NCBI GenBank assembly: GCA_937960785.1 | Contig: CALGOZ010000115.1 | Span: 446-64,445 of the forward strand | DNA length: 64,000 nucleotides | Direction: 5' to 3' | Source of the DNA: an uncultured Pseudogracilibacillus sp. | GTDB taxonomy: Bacteria; Bacillota; Bacilli; Bacillales; Amphibacillaceae | Shown: positions 50,622 through 58,789 of the stretch, in pieces | Layout: every line of letters begins with the position of its first letter | How positions within the stretch are numbered: the first letter of the stretch is position 1 | The notes under the pieces: model-generated | Seen by the model: the letters and a program-made list of their open reading frames with translations, nothing else | Database searches by the model: none | What the model was told of the DNA's origin: nothing | Program-made: the position numbers and the translations under genes

Positions 50622-51200
50622 TTAATCAACCTTTGGGTAAGCATAAATAACGTATCGCTCTGGTGCACTACCAATATAATTAAATGGATAGCAAGTAGAT
50701 ATCGTCAATACTTCGTCTTTACGATTTAAATCGATTACCGTTGTATCATCAGCATCGACGATTTCATTATCGACAAATTCATAAATAAAGACACCATTTT
50801 CCATTTTTACGTGGAACTCATCGCCATGTTCTAATTCACCAAAATTGCGAAATACAGTATCTCGGTGGCCAGAGAGTAAAATTTGGCGATTTTCACCTGG
50901 ATAACCTGTATCTGTATAATGACCGACACCATATTTTAATTCCTCTTCATCGGTACCTTCAACGATTGGTAACTCCCGGTCTAATTTAGGGATGTATAGC
51001 ATACCAATCGTTTCGCCTTCATAAAAGTCATAGTTTTCACTAATATTTTCATCTACTTCCCGGACAATTTCCTCAGATACAAAAGATTTTGCTTCACTTA
51101 ATCGTTTACCTTCATTTATACTCGAGTCAAAAATTTGATATCCGCCGTATCCGAGTAGAACAATCCCTGCTACAACGAATAAATAAGATAAAAAGCGCAT
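50622..51200 (-). CDS. sortase (class D-like cysteine transpeptidase)
   Basis: N-terminal TM anchor, catalytic His (LLSGHRDT), Cys (LTISTCYP, the TLxTC motif) and Arg (ERYVIYA). ATG 51200 (MRFLSYLFVVAG...) is the likely start; the track TTG 51302 adds 34 unlikely residues. Confidence 0.8.
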   Translation of the reverse strand: MRFLSYLFVVAGIVLLGYGGYQIFDSSINEGKRLSEAKSFVSEEIVREVDENISENYDFYEGETIGMLYIPKLDRELPIVEGTDEEELKYGVGHYTDTGYPGENRQILLSGHRDTVFRNFGELEHGDEFHVKMENGVFIYEFVDNEIVDADDTTVIDLNRKDEVLTISTCYPFNYIGSAPERYVIYAYPKVD

Positions 51201-51398
51201 TAACTCATACACCCCCCAAGAATACACTTCGCCATTTATTGCCAGTTGAATTAAAACGATATAGTTACGAATATTATAGCAAAGTAATTGTATTACTGAC
51301 AACTAGTAAATTTGCATGTATTTTTATACTTACGATGAATATAATGACATACGGGATTAACATGATATAATATAAGTAAAAGATGAGCGAGGTGATAC

Positions 51399-51710
51399 AT
51401 GATCATGGATCAAATCCGCCTAACAGTCGAAGATATTGTAAATAAAGAATTTAAAAAGTCAATGCGTGGGTACAATGAAGAGGAAGTCGACCAATTTTTA
51501 GATACGATTATAGAGGATTATGAAACCTTTCAAAGACAAATTCGTTCTTTAGAGGAAGAGGTAAAACGATTAAAACAACGAACATCAACTAGCCATAACC
51601 GTTCAACGAATGTATCACAACAAGCACCTGTTAATTATGACATATTAAAACGAATATCTAATTTGGAGAAGGCAGTTTTTGGACCAAAAGTAACCGAAAA
51701 TGGTGAATAA
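51399..51710 (+). CDS. gpsB: cell-cycle / divisome protein GpsB (DivIVA domain)
   Basis: [32 protein letters not shown] plus the C-terminal [17 protein letters not shown], closely matching B. subtilis GpsB (YpsB). Lies immediately upstream of rnpB. Confidence 0.88.
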   Translation: [103 protein letters not shown]

Positions 51711-51727
51711 TACATGGCGATACATAA

Positions 51728-51756
51728 TTGAGCTTGAGCTATACGTATGTTATAAT
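51728..51756 (+). promoter_or_regulatory. sigma-A promoter of rnpB
   Basis: ttgagc (-35), a 17-nt spacer, then an extended -10 tgttataat, ending about 5 nt before the predicted RNase P RNA 5' end. Confidence 0.6.
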
Positions 51757-51759
51757 ACG

Positions 51760-52178
51760 TATTGGATACTCATGTAATCGCTGCATGATTTTAAATCATG
51801 TAGAGGAAAGTCCATGCTCACACAAGCTGTGATGCTTGTAGTGTTCATGCTTGACGAAACCATAAGTCAAGGTCATCGTGAGTAATCGCGATGAACGGCA
51901 AGATCAATCCTAAGTCTTCTTACTATAGAAGATATGGAAAGATCTTTGAAAGTGCCACAGTGACGATGCGGAGTGGAAACACTCCGAGTGGAACGCGGTA
52001 AACCCCATGAGTGAGCAACCCAAATTATGGTAGGGGCACCTCTTCGATTAGGAAACCGAACGAAAGAAGGGGACGAGTAATACAGTTACTCGTAGATAAA
52101 TGATTACAACCGGAGTACGAGGTTGACCACCGTTTGTAGTACAAAGGTACAGAACATGGCTTATCGAGTATCCAAAGG
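51760..52178 (+). ncRNA. rnpB: RNase P RNA, type B (Bacillus class)
   Basis: Universal core segments gaggaaagtccatgctc and acagaacatggcttat; gtaatcgctgca near the 5' end; agtgccacagtgacg and ggtaaaccccatgagtgagcaacccaaat, as in B. subtilis rnpB. The P1 helix is formed by ttggatactc (5') and gagtatccaa (3'). No ORF. Confidence 0.92.
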
Positions 52179-52183
52179 GTCAA

Positions 52184-52240
52184 AGTAAAAACCTATTAAG
52201 CAGTTGGTGTAAACTGTTAGTAGGTTTTTACTTTTTTATT
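52184..52240 (+). terminator. rho-independent terminator after rnpB
   Basis: 12-bp outer stem agtaaaaaccta / taggtttttact with an inner helix cagtt/aactg, followed by a T6 run. Confidence 0.75.
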
Positions 52241-52257
52241 TTAGAAGGGATGACAAC

Positions 52258-53388
52258 ATGAAGGAAGAAATTACATTATTAGCTACTAGTGCAATGGGGT
52301 TAGAAGCAATTGTAGCCCGCGAAGTTAGAAGTTTAGGTTATAAACCAAAAGTTGATAATGGCAAAATAACGTTTCATGCCCCAATTTCTGCAATCCCACG
52401 TACGAACTTATGGTTAAGAACCGCTGATCGTGTAAAGTTAGTAGTCGGAGAGACTAAAATTGAAACGTTCGAGCAATTATATGAATGGATATATTCTTTA
52501 CCGTGGGAGCAGTTTATTCCTGAGGATGGGAAATTCCCTGTCATTGGAAAGTCTCATAAATCTAAACTATACAGTGTTCGGCATTGTCAATCCATTACGA
52601 AAAAGGCAATTGTAGATCGTCTAAAACAAAAACACGGCATAGCGAATCGTCTTCCAGAAACCGGAGCTTTATATCGGGTTGAAATTGCTCTTTTAAAAGA
52701 TATTGCCACTGTTACGATTGATACTTCCGGTGAAGGATTACATAAACGAGGATACCGGATAGGGCAGGGGGATGCACCTTTAAAAGAAACATTAGCTGCA
52801 GCCCTTGTGTTATTAACGAATTGGCAGCCTGATTGTTATTTAATCGATCCGATGTGTGGTTCTGGTACAATCCCGATAGAGGCAGCCTTAATCGGACAAA
52901 ATATCGCGCCAGGATTCAATCGCTCTTTTGCTTCTGAAAATTGGACTTGGATTGGTCAATCGGCCTGGGAAGAGGCTTTTACTGAAGCTGAAGATTATGC
53001 TAAATACGATCAACCATTGCAAATACATGGATATGATATTGATCATCGAATGATTAAAGTAAGTAAAGCAAACGCAATGGAAGCTGGTCTTGTCGATTTA
53101 ATCGAGTGGAAGCAAATGCAATTGAAGGACCTTGCAATTAAGGAAGAGGGGGGGTATATCATAAGTAATCCACCCTATGGAGAACGTTTAAAAGATGAAG
53201 CTTACGTTACTTATTTATACAAAACCTTAGGTGATAAATTAAATCCTCATCCAACATGGAGTGTATATATTCTAACAGCATATAAACAATTTGAAAAATA
53301 TTACGGTAAAAAAGCAACGAAAAAACGCAAGCTTTTCAACGGTTTTATCGAAACAGATTATTATCAATATTTCGGTAAGAAAGTATAA
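52258..53388 (+). CDS. ypsC: THUMP-domain class I SAM-dependent RNA methyltransferase (YpsC, RlmL-N-like)
   Basis: SAM motif DPMCGSGTIPIEA and catalytic NPPYGERL. 376 aa. Lies downstream of gpsB-rnpB as ypsC does. Confidence 0.8.
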   Translation: MKEEITLLATSAMGLEAIVAREVRSLGYKPKVDNGKITFHAPISAIPRTNLWLRTADRVKLVVGETKIETFEQLYEWIYSLPWEQFIPEDGKFPVIGKSHKSKLYSVRHCQSITKKAIVDRLKQKHGIANRLPETGALYRVEIALLKDIATVTIDTSGEGLHKRGYRIGQGDAPLKETLAAALVLLTNWQPDCYLIDPMCGSGTIPIEAALIGQNIAPGFNRSFASENWTWIGQSAWEEAFTEAEDYAKYDQPLQIHGYDIDHRMIKVSKANAMEAGLVDLIEWKQMQLKDLAIKEEGGYIISNPPYGERLKDEAYVTYLYKTLGDKLNPHPTWSVYILTAYKQFEKYYGKKATKKRKLFNGFIETDYYQYFGKKV

Positions 53389-53402
53389 GAGACAAAAATA
53401 AT

Positions 53403-53436
53403 AAAATCCGGAACTATTAGTAGTCCGGATTTTTAT
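53403..53436. terminator. bidirectional terminator between convergent ypsC and the sco-like gene
   Basis: Stem aaaatccgga(a)ct / agtccggatttt with one bulged A and a T-run. Confidence 0.7.
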
Positions 53437-53476
53437 ATTTAAAGGGTTTTTTAATTCTTATGCTATTATTGTCTTC

Positions 53477-54073
53477 TTAGTTAATCGTACGCATGACGCG
53501 TTTGTAAGCACGATCGACATCGAAATCTTCACCCATTACGAAGTTTTCTAATAAGTTATCATCTTCGTCGATAAAGTACATCCAAGTTGAGTGAATAATT
53601 TCTCCTGAACCAGGATCTCTAAACATAAATGGTGGTCTTAAGTTTTCCCCGAGACGTGCAATATCTTCAACATCTCCCGTGAGGAAATACCATCCTTGGT
53701 CATCTGATGTTACTTGGAATCGTCCAGCATAGTCTCGTAATACCTCTGGTGTATCTCTTTCAGGGTCTACTGTGATTGTTATAAATTCAACCTTCTCACC
53801 GAAGACACCTTCTTTTTCGAGCTTATTACGTAATTTAGACAACTCTAAAGTTGTAACTGGACAAATATCTGGGCATTGGGTGTACATGAATTCAATAATT
53901 TTTGCTGTCTTTTTCATTTCGCCCATATGAAATTCTTCACCAAAAGCAGTTTCTAGAATAATATCGTCAGGAATATTAGCACTACCTGGACGGATGACTT
54001 TCAGATAGAAAATTCCAAGGCCGATTCCAAGTAGAATAACTACTGTGGCGATGATGTAATAACTCTTCTTCAT
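53477..54073 (-). CDS. SCO1/SenC-family copper chaperone (thioredoxin fold)
   Basis: N-terminal TM anchor, copper-binding CPDICP, and a distal His (IIHST). 198 aa with an aaaggagg RBS. Lies downstream of the oxidase genes. Confidence 0.85.
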   Translation of the reverse strand: MKKSYYIIATVVILLGIGLGIFYLKVIRPGSANIPDDIILETAFGEEFHMGEMKKTAKIIEFMYTQCPDICPVTTLELSKLRNKLEKEGVFGEKVEFITITVDPERDTPEVLRDYAGRFQVTSDDQGWYFLTGDVEDIARLGENLRPPFMFRDPGSGEIIHSTWMYFIDEDDNLLENFVMGEDFDVDRAYKRVMRTIN

Positions 54074-54105
54074 GTAGTTTATGAGCCTCCTTTAATTAAA
54101 TAAAT

Positions 54106-54131
54106 AAAGAGGGAAGTCATCTTCCCTCTTT
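54106..54131 (-). terminator. hairpin terminator between cbaA and the sco-like gene
   Basis: 11-bp perfect stem aaagagggaag / cttccctcttt, loop tcat, T-rich on both flanks. Sits 15 nt after the cbaA stop. Confidence 0.7.
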
Positions 54132-54145
54132 ATTCTACCACGATA

Positions 54146-55795
54146 TTACCATAATTTATAACCAGATGCTCCTGGAGGTGCACTCTTGATAATGTCAATA
54201 ATCGGTAGTGTATATGCGAAAGCAATTAATGCTAACGTAATACCAATCCAGAGCTTCCAGTTTTCAAATACCGCTGGTGTAGGTGCTGCGTTTGGTGAAT
54301 CTTCAGCAACGATAAATTCTGTTTCACCTTTAGGTGCAAAGAATGCTAAGTTAATGAAGATGATGATCATTACAATCATACCTACGAAGAGGATAGATCC
54401 TCCCACAGCTTGTGCAATTTGATATGGTCCCCAAGCTAACGTGTCTGGGTTTCCTGCATACTCAGAGTAAGCAGAACGACGTGGACCACCTAGTAGACCT
54501 TGCCAGTGCATGGCTGTAGACATGATTAACATACCTACGGTCCATAAGATAGCTTGTAAAATACCTAAACGGTTCATAACTGGTGTGAATTGACGACCAG
54601 TTAAGTGTGGTACGAGCCAGTATGTTGTACCGAAGAATGTTAACATAACTGCTGTCGCAACGGTTAAGTGGAAGTGACCTGTAACCCAAAGTGTGTTATG
54701 GACTACTTGGTTCATTTGGTGAGAAGCGTTGATAATTCCTCCAGCTCCACCAGGGATGAACATAACCATACCTAGGAAAGGAGCTAAGAAGCGCGCATCT
54801 CCCCATGGCATTTTCTTCAACCAACCGAACATACCTTTTGCTCCTAACTCTCGACCTCTAGTTTCAAAGGTAGCGAAGAGTGAGAAAGCAGTCATTAATG
54901 AAGGTACAACAACGAACATAGTTAAAACTACTTGTAAGTACTTCCAGAATGGATCGATACCAGGTTCAGTTAACTGGTGGTGGAATCCAACTGGGATAGA
55001 GAAAAACAGTAATAATACGAATGATAATCTAGCTAATGAATCTGAAAAGATCTTTCCACCAATTACTCTTGGAATTACAGCATACCACATCATATACGCA
55101 GGCATGAGCCAGAAGTATACAAGTGGGTGACCGAAATACCAGAATAACGTACGGCTTAAGAGAACGTTGATTTCATCTGTCATGCCTAATGCCCAAGGAA
55201 TAATTTGGACGATTGTTGTGTAAGCAACTCCGATTGTTGCAATTTGCCACATGATCATTGTAACAACGCTCATGTAACTTAATAACGGAGTACGCTCACC
55301 AGGATTTTCCTTACGGAAGCGAGCATGACGCCAGAAAATTAACCATGCATTAAACCATGTACCTACAACAACTAATACAAGTCCGATGTAGAAGACTACG
55401 TGTGCTTGTAATGGTACGTAGAATGTGTAAAGTACTGTCGCTTCATTCAGTAAAATCATTACTGCTGCAGCAATCGTACCAGTTACCATTAAAATATAGC
55501 CAACCCATGACATTCTACGTTCGCCGTCTGTGTAGCCACCTGTTGTAATGCTTTGTGTTGCAAGCATAAATCCAATAATAAAGAACGTTGTTAATACGAG
55601 ACCTAAAATAACACCGTGTGTCGTTAGAACTTGGTAGTAACCTAACCATTTAGGTAAATCGAAATGACCAGTACGTTCTAACGTCTGTAATAAACCCATC
55701 GTTGCTCCTATTGCCAAAGCGATGAAAGCAACGTACATATGGGCCATTACTAGTCTAGCATCTTTAACATCTAAACGCTTCAATGCTTTATTCAT
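54146..55795 (-). CDS. cbaA: cytochrome c oxidase subunit I, B-family (ba3-type)
   Basis: 549 aa with 13 predicted TM helices and heme-copper oxidase His ligands (e.g. FGHPLVYFW, WVTGHFHLTV). Its size and its pairing with a one-TM CuA-only subunit II indicate the ba3 type. Confidence 0.85.
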   Translation of the reverse strand: MNKALKRLDVKDARLVMAHMYVAFIALAIGATMGLLQTLERTGHFDLPKWLGYYQVLTTHGVILGLVLTTFFIIGFMLATQSITTGGYTDGERRMSWVGYILMVTGTIAAAVMILLNEATVLYTFYVPLQAHVVFYIGLVLVVVGTWFNAWLIFWRHARFRKENPGERTPLLSYMSVVTMIMWQIATIGVAYTTIVQIIPWALGMTDEINVLLSRTLFWYFGHPLVYFWLMPAYMMWYAVIPRVIGGKIFSDSLARLSFVLLLFFSIPVGFHHQLTEPGIDPFWKYLQVVLTMFVVVPSLMTAFSLFATFETRGRELGAKGMFGWLKKMPWGDARFLAPFLGMVMFIPGGAGGIINASHQMNQVVHNTLWVTGHFHLTVATAVMLTFFGTTYWLVPHLTGRQFTPVMNRLGILQAILWTVGMLIMSTAMHWQGLLGGPRRSAYSEYAGNPDTLAWGPYQIAQAVGGSILFVGMIVMIIIFINLAFFAPKGETEFIVAEDSPNAAPTPAVFENWKLWIGITLALIAFAYTLPIIDIIKSAPPGASGYKLW

Positions 55796-56277
55796 TATTC
55801 TACCACCTCAATCGTCGCTTGCATCAAATGGTGTCCAGTACCGCAGTACTCGTTACAAACTAATGTGTAAGTACCGACTTCATCGAACGTATTTACATAC
55901 GTACTGATGTAACCAGGCTCAACCATCATGTTAACGTTAGTACCGGCAATTTCAAAACCGTGAATAACGTCTTTAGTTGTAGTTGAGATATGAACAGTAG
56001 CTCCTTTAGGAATTTGAACTACTTTATCCTTTGTACCTACATCATAGTCAAAAGCTGATGCAACAACTGTTAATTGATATTCATTGTCGCCGATTTCTTT
56101 CAATCCAGGTTCTTTAAATAACTGATGTTCGTCTACTTTGTTTGGATCTAATGTAACCGCACAGCTAGGTGGTTGGTTACCCATGTAGAATGCACTTACA
56201 CCTATAACAATTAAGAAGAATATAAGAGCAATAGATCCAAATGTAAGCCAAATTTTTTCATAACGATGCATACCCAT
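55795..56277 (-). CDS. cbaB: cytochrome c oxidase subunit II, ba3-type (CuA only)
   Basis: Single N-terminal TM and a cupredoxin domain with the CuA ligands H....CNEYCGTGHHLM. 160 aa with no fused cytochrome c domain. TAATG overlap with cbaA. Confidence 0.85.
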   Translation of the reverse strand: MGMHRYEKIWLTFGSIALIFFLIVIGVSAFYMGNQPPSCAVTLDPNKVDEHQLFKEPGLKEIGDNEYQLTVVASAFDYDVGTKDKVVQIPKGATVHISTTTKDVIHGFEIAGTNVNMMVEPGYISTYVNTFDEVGTYTLVCNEYCGTGHHLMQATIEVVE

Positions 56278-56307
56278 CTTGATTAAAACACCTCTCTTTT
56301 TTTAATT

Positions 56308-56454
56308 CTAGCGGGACATGTATATTGCCCATACCCCAAGCCAAGATAATACTAAGAAAACACCTAATAGCATATTAAAAAATAAAGTCCCTCGTAAATC
56401 TGAATTATCGTGTTGTTCTGTAGTCAACTGTTCTTTCTCTTGAGATTTTGACAT
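56308..56454 (-). CDS. 48-aa single-TM protein, candidate ba3 oxidase subunit IIa
   Basis: Not in the ORF track (below 60 aa). Hand translation gives MSKSQEKEQLTTEQHDNSDLRGTLFFNMLLGVFLVLSWLGVWAIYMSR. A strong gaaaggagag RBS lies 6 nt upstream of the ATG. The stop is 30 nt before the cbaB ATG. The TM segment resembles Thermus subunit IIa (..G(A/T)L....L......WLGV.A....R). Confidence 0.6.
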   Translation of the reverse strand: MSKSQEKEQLTTEQHDNSDLRGTLFFNMLLGVFLVLSWLGVWAIYMSR

Positions 56455-56725
56455 GTGTGGCTCTCTCCTTTCTTTTCAGAATTGAAGATTATCGTACTAC
56501 ACAGAAGAACGACAATTTGCAAGTTAAAAACTAGGCCTGAATTGCCGTTCATCTTAAATGATACATGATTTATACATGATTTCGAGGGGATTCGAGGAAG
56601 TTTCACAATTTGTTCAATAATGTTTATAAATACTGTGACATAAATTTTACAAACCTTTTAATTAAAGAAGATTGTGAACGTTTTGTGAAATAAAATGTAT
56701 ATTTTTGCAAGTGAGTAACAAAATA

Positions 56726-57846
56726 ATGGAAAAGATGATTGTACGGCATATGTTGCTTCAGTCGGAATAGGTGAGCCAAAAACATTAATTTTCCAAGAAG
56801 AAGCAAAAGTATTAGCTAAAGAAAATTCAGCTAAAAAAATGAAAAAATAAACCAATTATTACCAGTACTTGGCCATGCGTCGACTTAAAAACGACAACTA
56901 GTCCAACCGATGGAGTATAAAAAACAACTATGATTTTAGAACTAAAAATGTTCTATTTAAAACTCATTCACATACTTTTTCTTTATAGGCAATCGACAAT
57001 GTGCTTTCGAGTGCTTCATTACAAAAAACAGTAACTTATGAAGCCGTCGACTTACTTATTTCTGTTTCAAGTACAGATATTTCAATACCCTCTTTTTGTG
57101 CCTATTTAATAAAAAATCGCCCTTTTAAAGAGATGATCACAAGGATGTCGTTAGGGGGGCTTTGTATGCGCAGGTGGGCCAATTGGACTTGGTTGTGTAG
57201 TTAAATGGTTACAATTACACGAATACACGAAACTAAAACTGCTTTAATCGGATGTGCAGAGCTATGTAGTTTCGCCTTTCAACAAGACGGTGAGTGAACA
57301 AGTAATATTGCGGGGACAGTATTATTTGGTGACGGAGTAGCTGCAACATTCCTTATTGGAAAGTAAATTACCTTATCGTCATTATATCAAGGATGAAAAG
57401 TTGCATATTGAGTTTGTTCATTCTTTATTTAAAAAAGAAACGTTACCTATTATGGGATGGGATATTATAAATTAACGTATTTGAAGTTATTTTTTCTAAA
57501 CGAATTCCTCATTTAGTTACTTCGAGTTGACAGCAACATGTTGACAAGCTAAGGAATGTGTTACAGTTAACTTTCAAAGATCTAGATATGTTTTTAGCTC
57601 ATCCCGGTGGTAGGAAAGCATTAGAGGCAGTAGAAGAGGTCTGTAATAACACACATTTATTTACGCATTCGTATGAAGTATTACGTCGTCATGGCAATAT
57701 GTTTTTCGCAACATTTTTGATGATTTAGCAAATTCCCCAAGGTCTATAAACTTAAACAGAGGCCAAGAAAGTAATATGTTTTAATGAGTTAATTAGAGCC
57801 TAGTTTTTGTTCTGAATTGCTTTTATTGAGGGGGTCAAGGATATGA
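56726..57846 (+). pseudogene. bpsA: type III polyketide synthase (BpsA/BcsA, chalcone-synthase-like) pseudogene
   Basis: Recognisable PKS III segments are scattered over all three + frames. YVASVGIGEPKTLIFQEEAKVLAKE (from about 56749) ends at a TAA. In-frame TAG codons occur around 56900-56960. VDLLISVSSTDISIPSFCAYLIKN..SLGGLCM contains the catalytic Cys codon (57163) and is followed by a +1 shift into AGGPIGLG. Next come KTALIGCAELCSFAFQQDGE*, NIAGTVLFGDGVAATFLIGK* (TAA 57364), FLAHPGGRKALEAVEE..VLRRHGNMFFATFLMI*, and finally EPSFCSELLLLRGSRI*, whose TGA overlaps the next ATG. Confidence 0.8.
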
Positions 57847-58367
57847 CGCTATTTTATATACTTATTTTATTTATCATTGTCCAACGTCTAGTTGAGCTAT
57901 ATATTGCAAGGAAAAATGAACAATGGATGAAGGCTAGGGGAGGAATCGAAGTAGGAAGGGATCATTATAAATGGTTCCTTATATTACATTTATTATTTTT
58001 CGTTTCTTTACTTGTAGAATTTCATGTAAAACTTATTGAACAGACTGGAGAACTTCCAGTTTATGCTACATTCCTTTTTTTATTTGTACTTGCTCAGTTT
58101 GGGCGCTTTTGGTGTATTTTATCTTTAGGGAGATTTTGGAACACGAAAATAATCGTCCTACCTAAAATTACTATTATTAAAAAAGGGCCTTACAAATATG
58201 TTAAACATCCTAACTATATAATTGTCTTTATCGAATTACTTTCAATCCCGCTATTATTCGGACTTTATATAACGGCGCTAATTTTCCCTTTTCTATATTT
58301 ACTACTACTTACTATTCGAGTCCCTTCTGAAGAGGCGACCCTTAATCGAGCAAGTTCAATGAAATAA
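57843..58367 (+). CDS. bpsB: isoprenylcysteine carboxyl methyltransferase-family membrane methyltransferase (BpsB/YpbQ-like)
   Basis: 174 aa with about 5 TM helices and the ICMT-type motif GPYKYVKHPNYI. ATGA junction with the end of the PKS pseudogene, as in the bpsA-bpsB operon. Confidence 0.75.
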   Translation: MTLFYILILFIIVQRLVELYIARKNEQWMKARGGIEVGRDHYKWFLILHLLFFVSLLVEFHVKLIEQTGELPVYATFLFLFVLAQFGRFWCILSLGRFWNTKIIVLPKITIIKKGPYKYVKHPNYIIVFIELLSIPLLFGLYITALIFPFLYLLLLTIRVPSEEATLNRASSMK

Positions 58368-58377
58368 ATTCCATATT

Positions 58378-58410
58378 AAAAAGAGGTAATCGACTGATTA
58401 CCTCTTATTT
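58378..58410. terminator. bidirectional terminator between convergent bpsB and cspD
   Basis: 11-bp perfect stem aagaggtaatc / gattacctctt, loop gact, A-run and T-run flanks. Confidence 0.8.
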
Positions 58411-58430
58411 CATTTGTATATGAGCTTACG

Positions 58431-58631
58431 TTATTCTTTTACGACGTTCGCAGCTTGTGGGCCACGCTCTCCTTCAACAATTTCAAATGTGACTGCTTGA
58501 CCTTCTTCTAACGATTTGAAACCTTCTTCTTGGATTGCAGAATAGTGAACGAAAATATCGTCACCGTCTTCTTGTTGGATAAATCCATATCCTTTTTCTG
58601 CGTTAAACCATTTAACAATACCGTTCTGCAT
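58431..58631 (-). CDS. cspD: cold-shock protein
   Basis: [64 protein letters not shown]1 (KGYGFI) and RNP2 (VFVHY-like) motifs. 66 aa. The MQNG N-terminus is that of B. subtilis CspD. aggagg RBS. The track ORF is extended 105 nt upstream. Confidence 0.9.
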   Translation of the reverse strand: MQNGIVKWFNAEKGYGFIQQEDGDDIFVHYSAIQEEGFKSLEEGQAVTFEIVEGERGPQAANVVKE

Positions 58632-58702
58632 GTAAATAATTCCTCCTAAATTCTTTCCACGAAAAAACGTGTTAATTGCAAAGAAAAGAATGTATAAAAA
58701 GA

Positions 58703-58750
58703 TTAAAAAAACTTCAGTGAAGATTTGAATCACCAAATTTCACTGAAGTT
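58703..58750 (-). promoter_or_regulatory. intrinsic-terminator-like hairpin inside the cspD 5' leader
   Basis: On the minus strand: aacttcagtgaa, a 17-nt loop, ttcactgaagtt, then a U7 run. It lies between the predicted promoter and the RBS, about 70 nt upstream of the ATG. Confidence 0.55.
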
Positions 58751-58789
58751 CATATTTAATGATTCTACACTTCCTCTTTGCTTGTTTAT

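Noticed and set aside
54729-55130. 133-aa plus-strand ORF, plus smaller ones at 54186-54422 and 55357-55548, inside cbaA
   Set aside because: They are antisense to a highly conserved oxidase subunit I gene. They have no RBS, and their sequence is the low-complexity mirror of TM-helix codons.
56601-56640. ttcacaa ... tgtgaca inverted words upstream of the cba operon, considered as a Rex/Fnr-type operator
   Set aside because: The half-sites are separated by about 25 nt rather than the 4-6 nt of Rex or Fnr/Crp boxes. A nearby ttgtgaa (read on the minus strand) has no matching second half-site. This is not enough to call a site.
56424-56855. Three minus-strand ORFs of 60-65 aa in the cba/PKS divergent region
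   Set aside because: 56424-56606 has no RBS and overlaps the start and RBS of the better-supported 48-aa subunit IIa-like ORF. The other two are antisense to the PKS pseudogene's 5' end. None has an RBS.
57001-57204. 67-aa plus-strand track ORF
   Set aside because: It is not an independent gene. It is one frame-fragment of the type III PKS pseudogene (the ...ISVSSTDISIPSFCAYLIKN...SLGGLCM segment).
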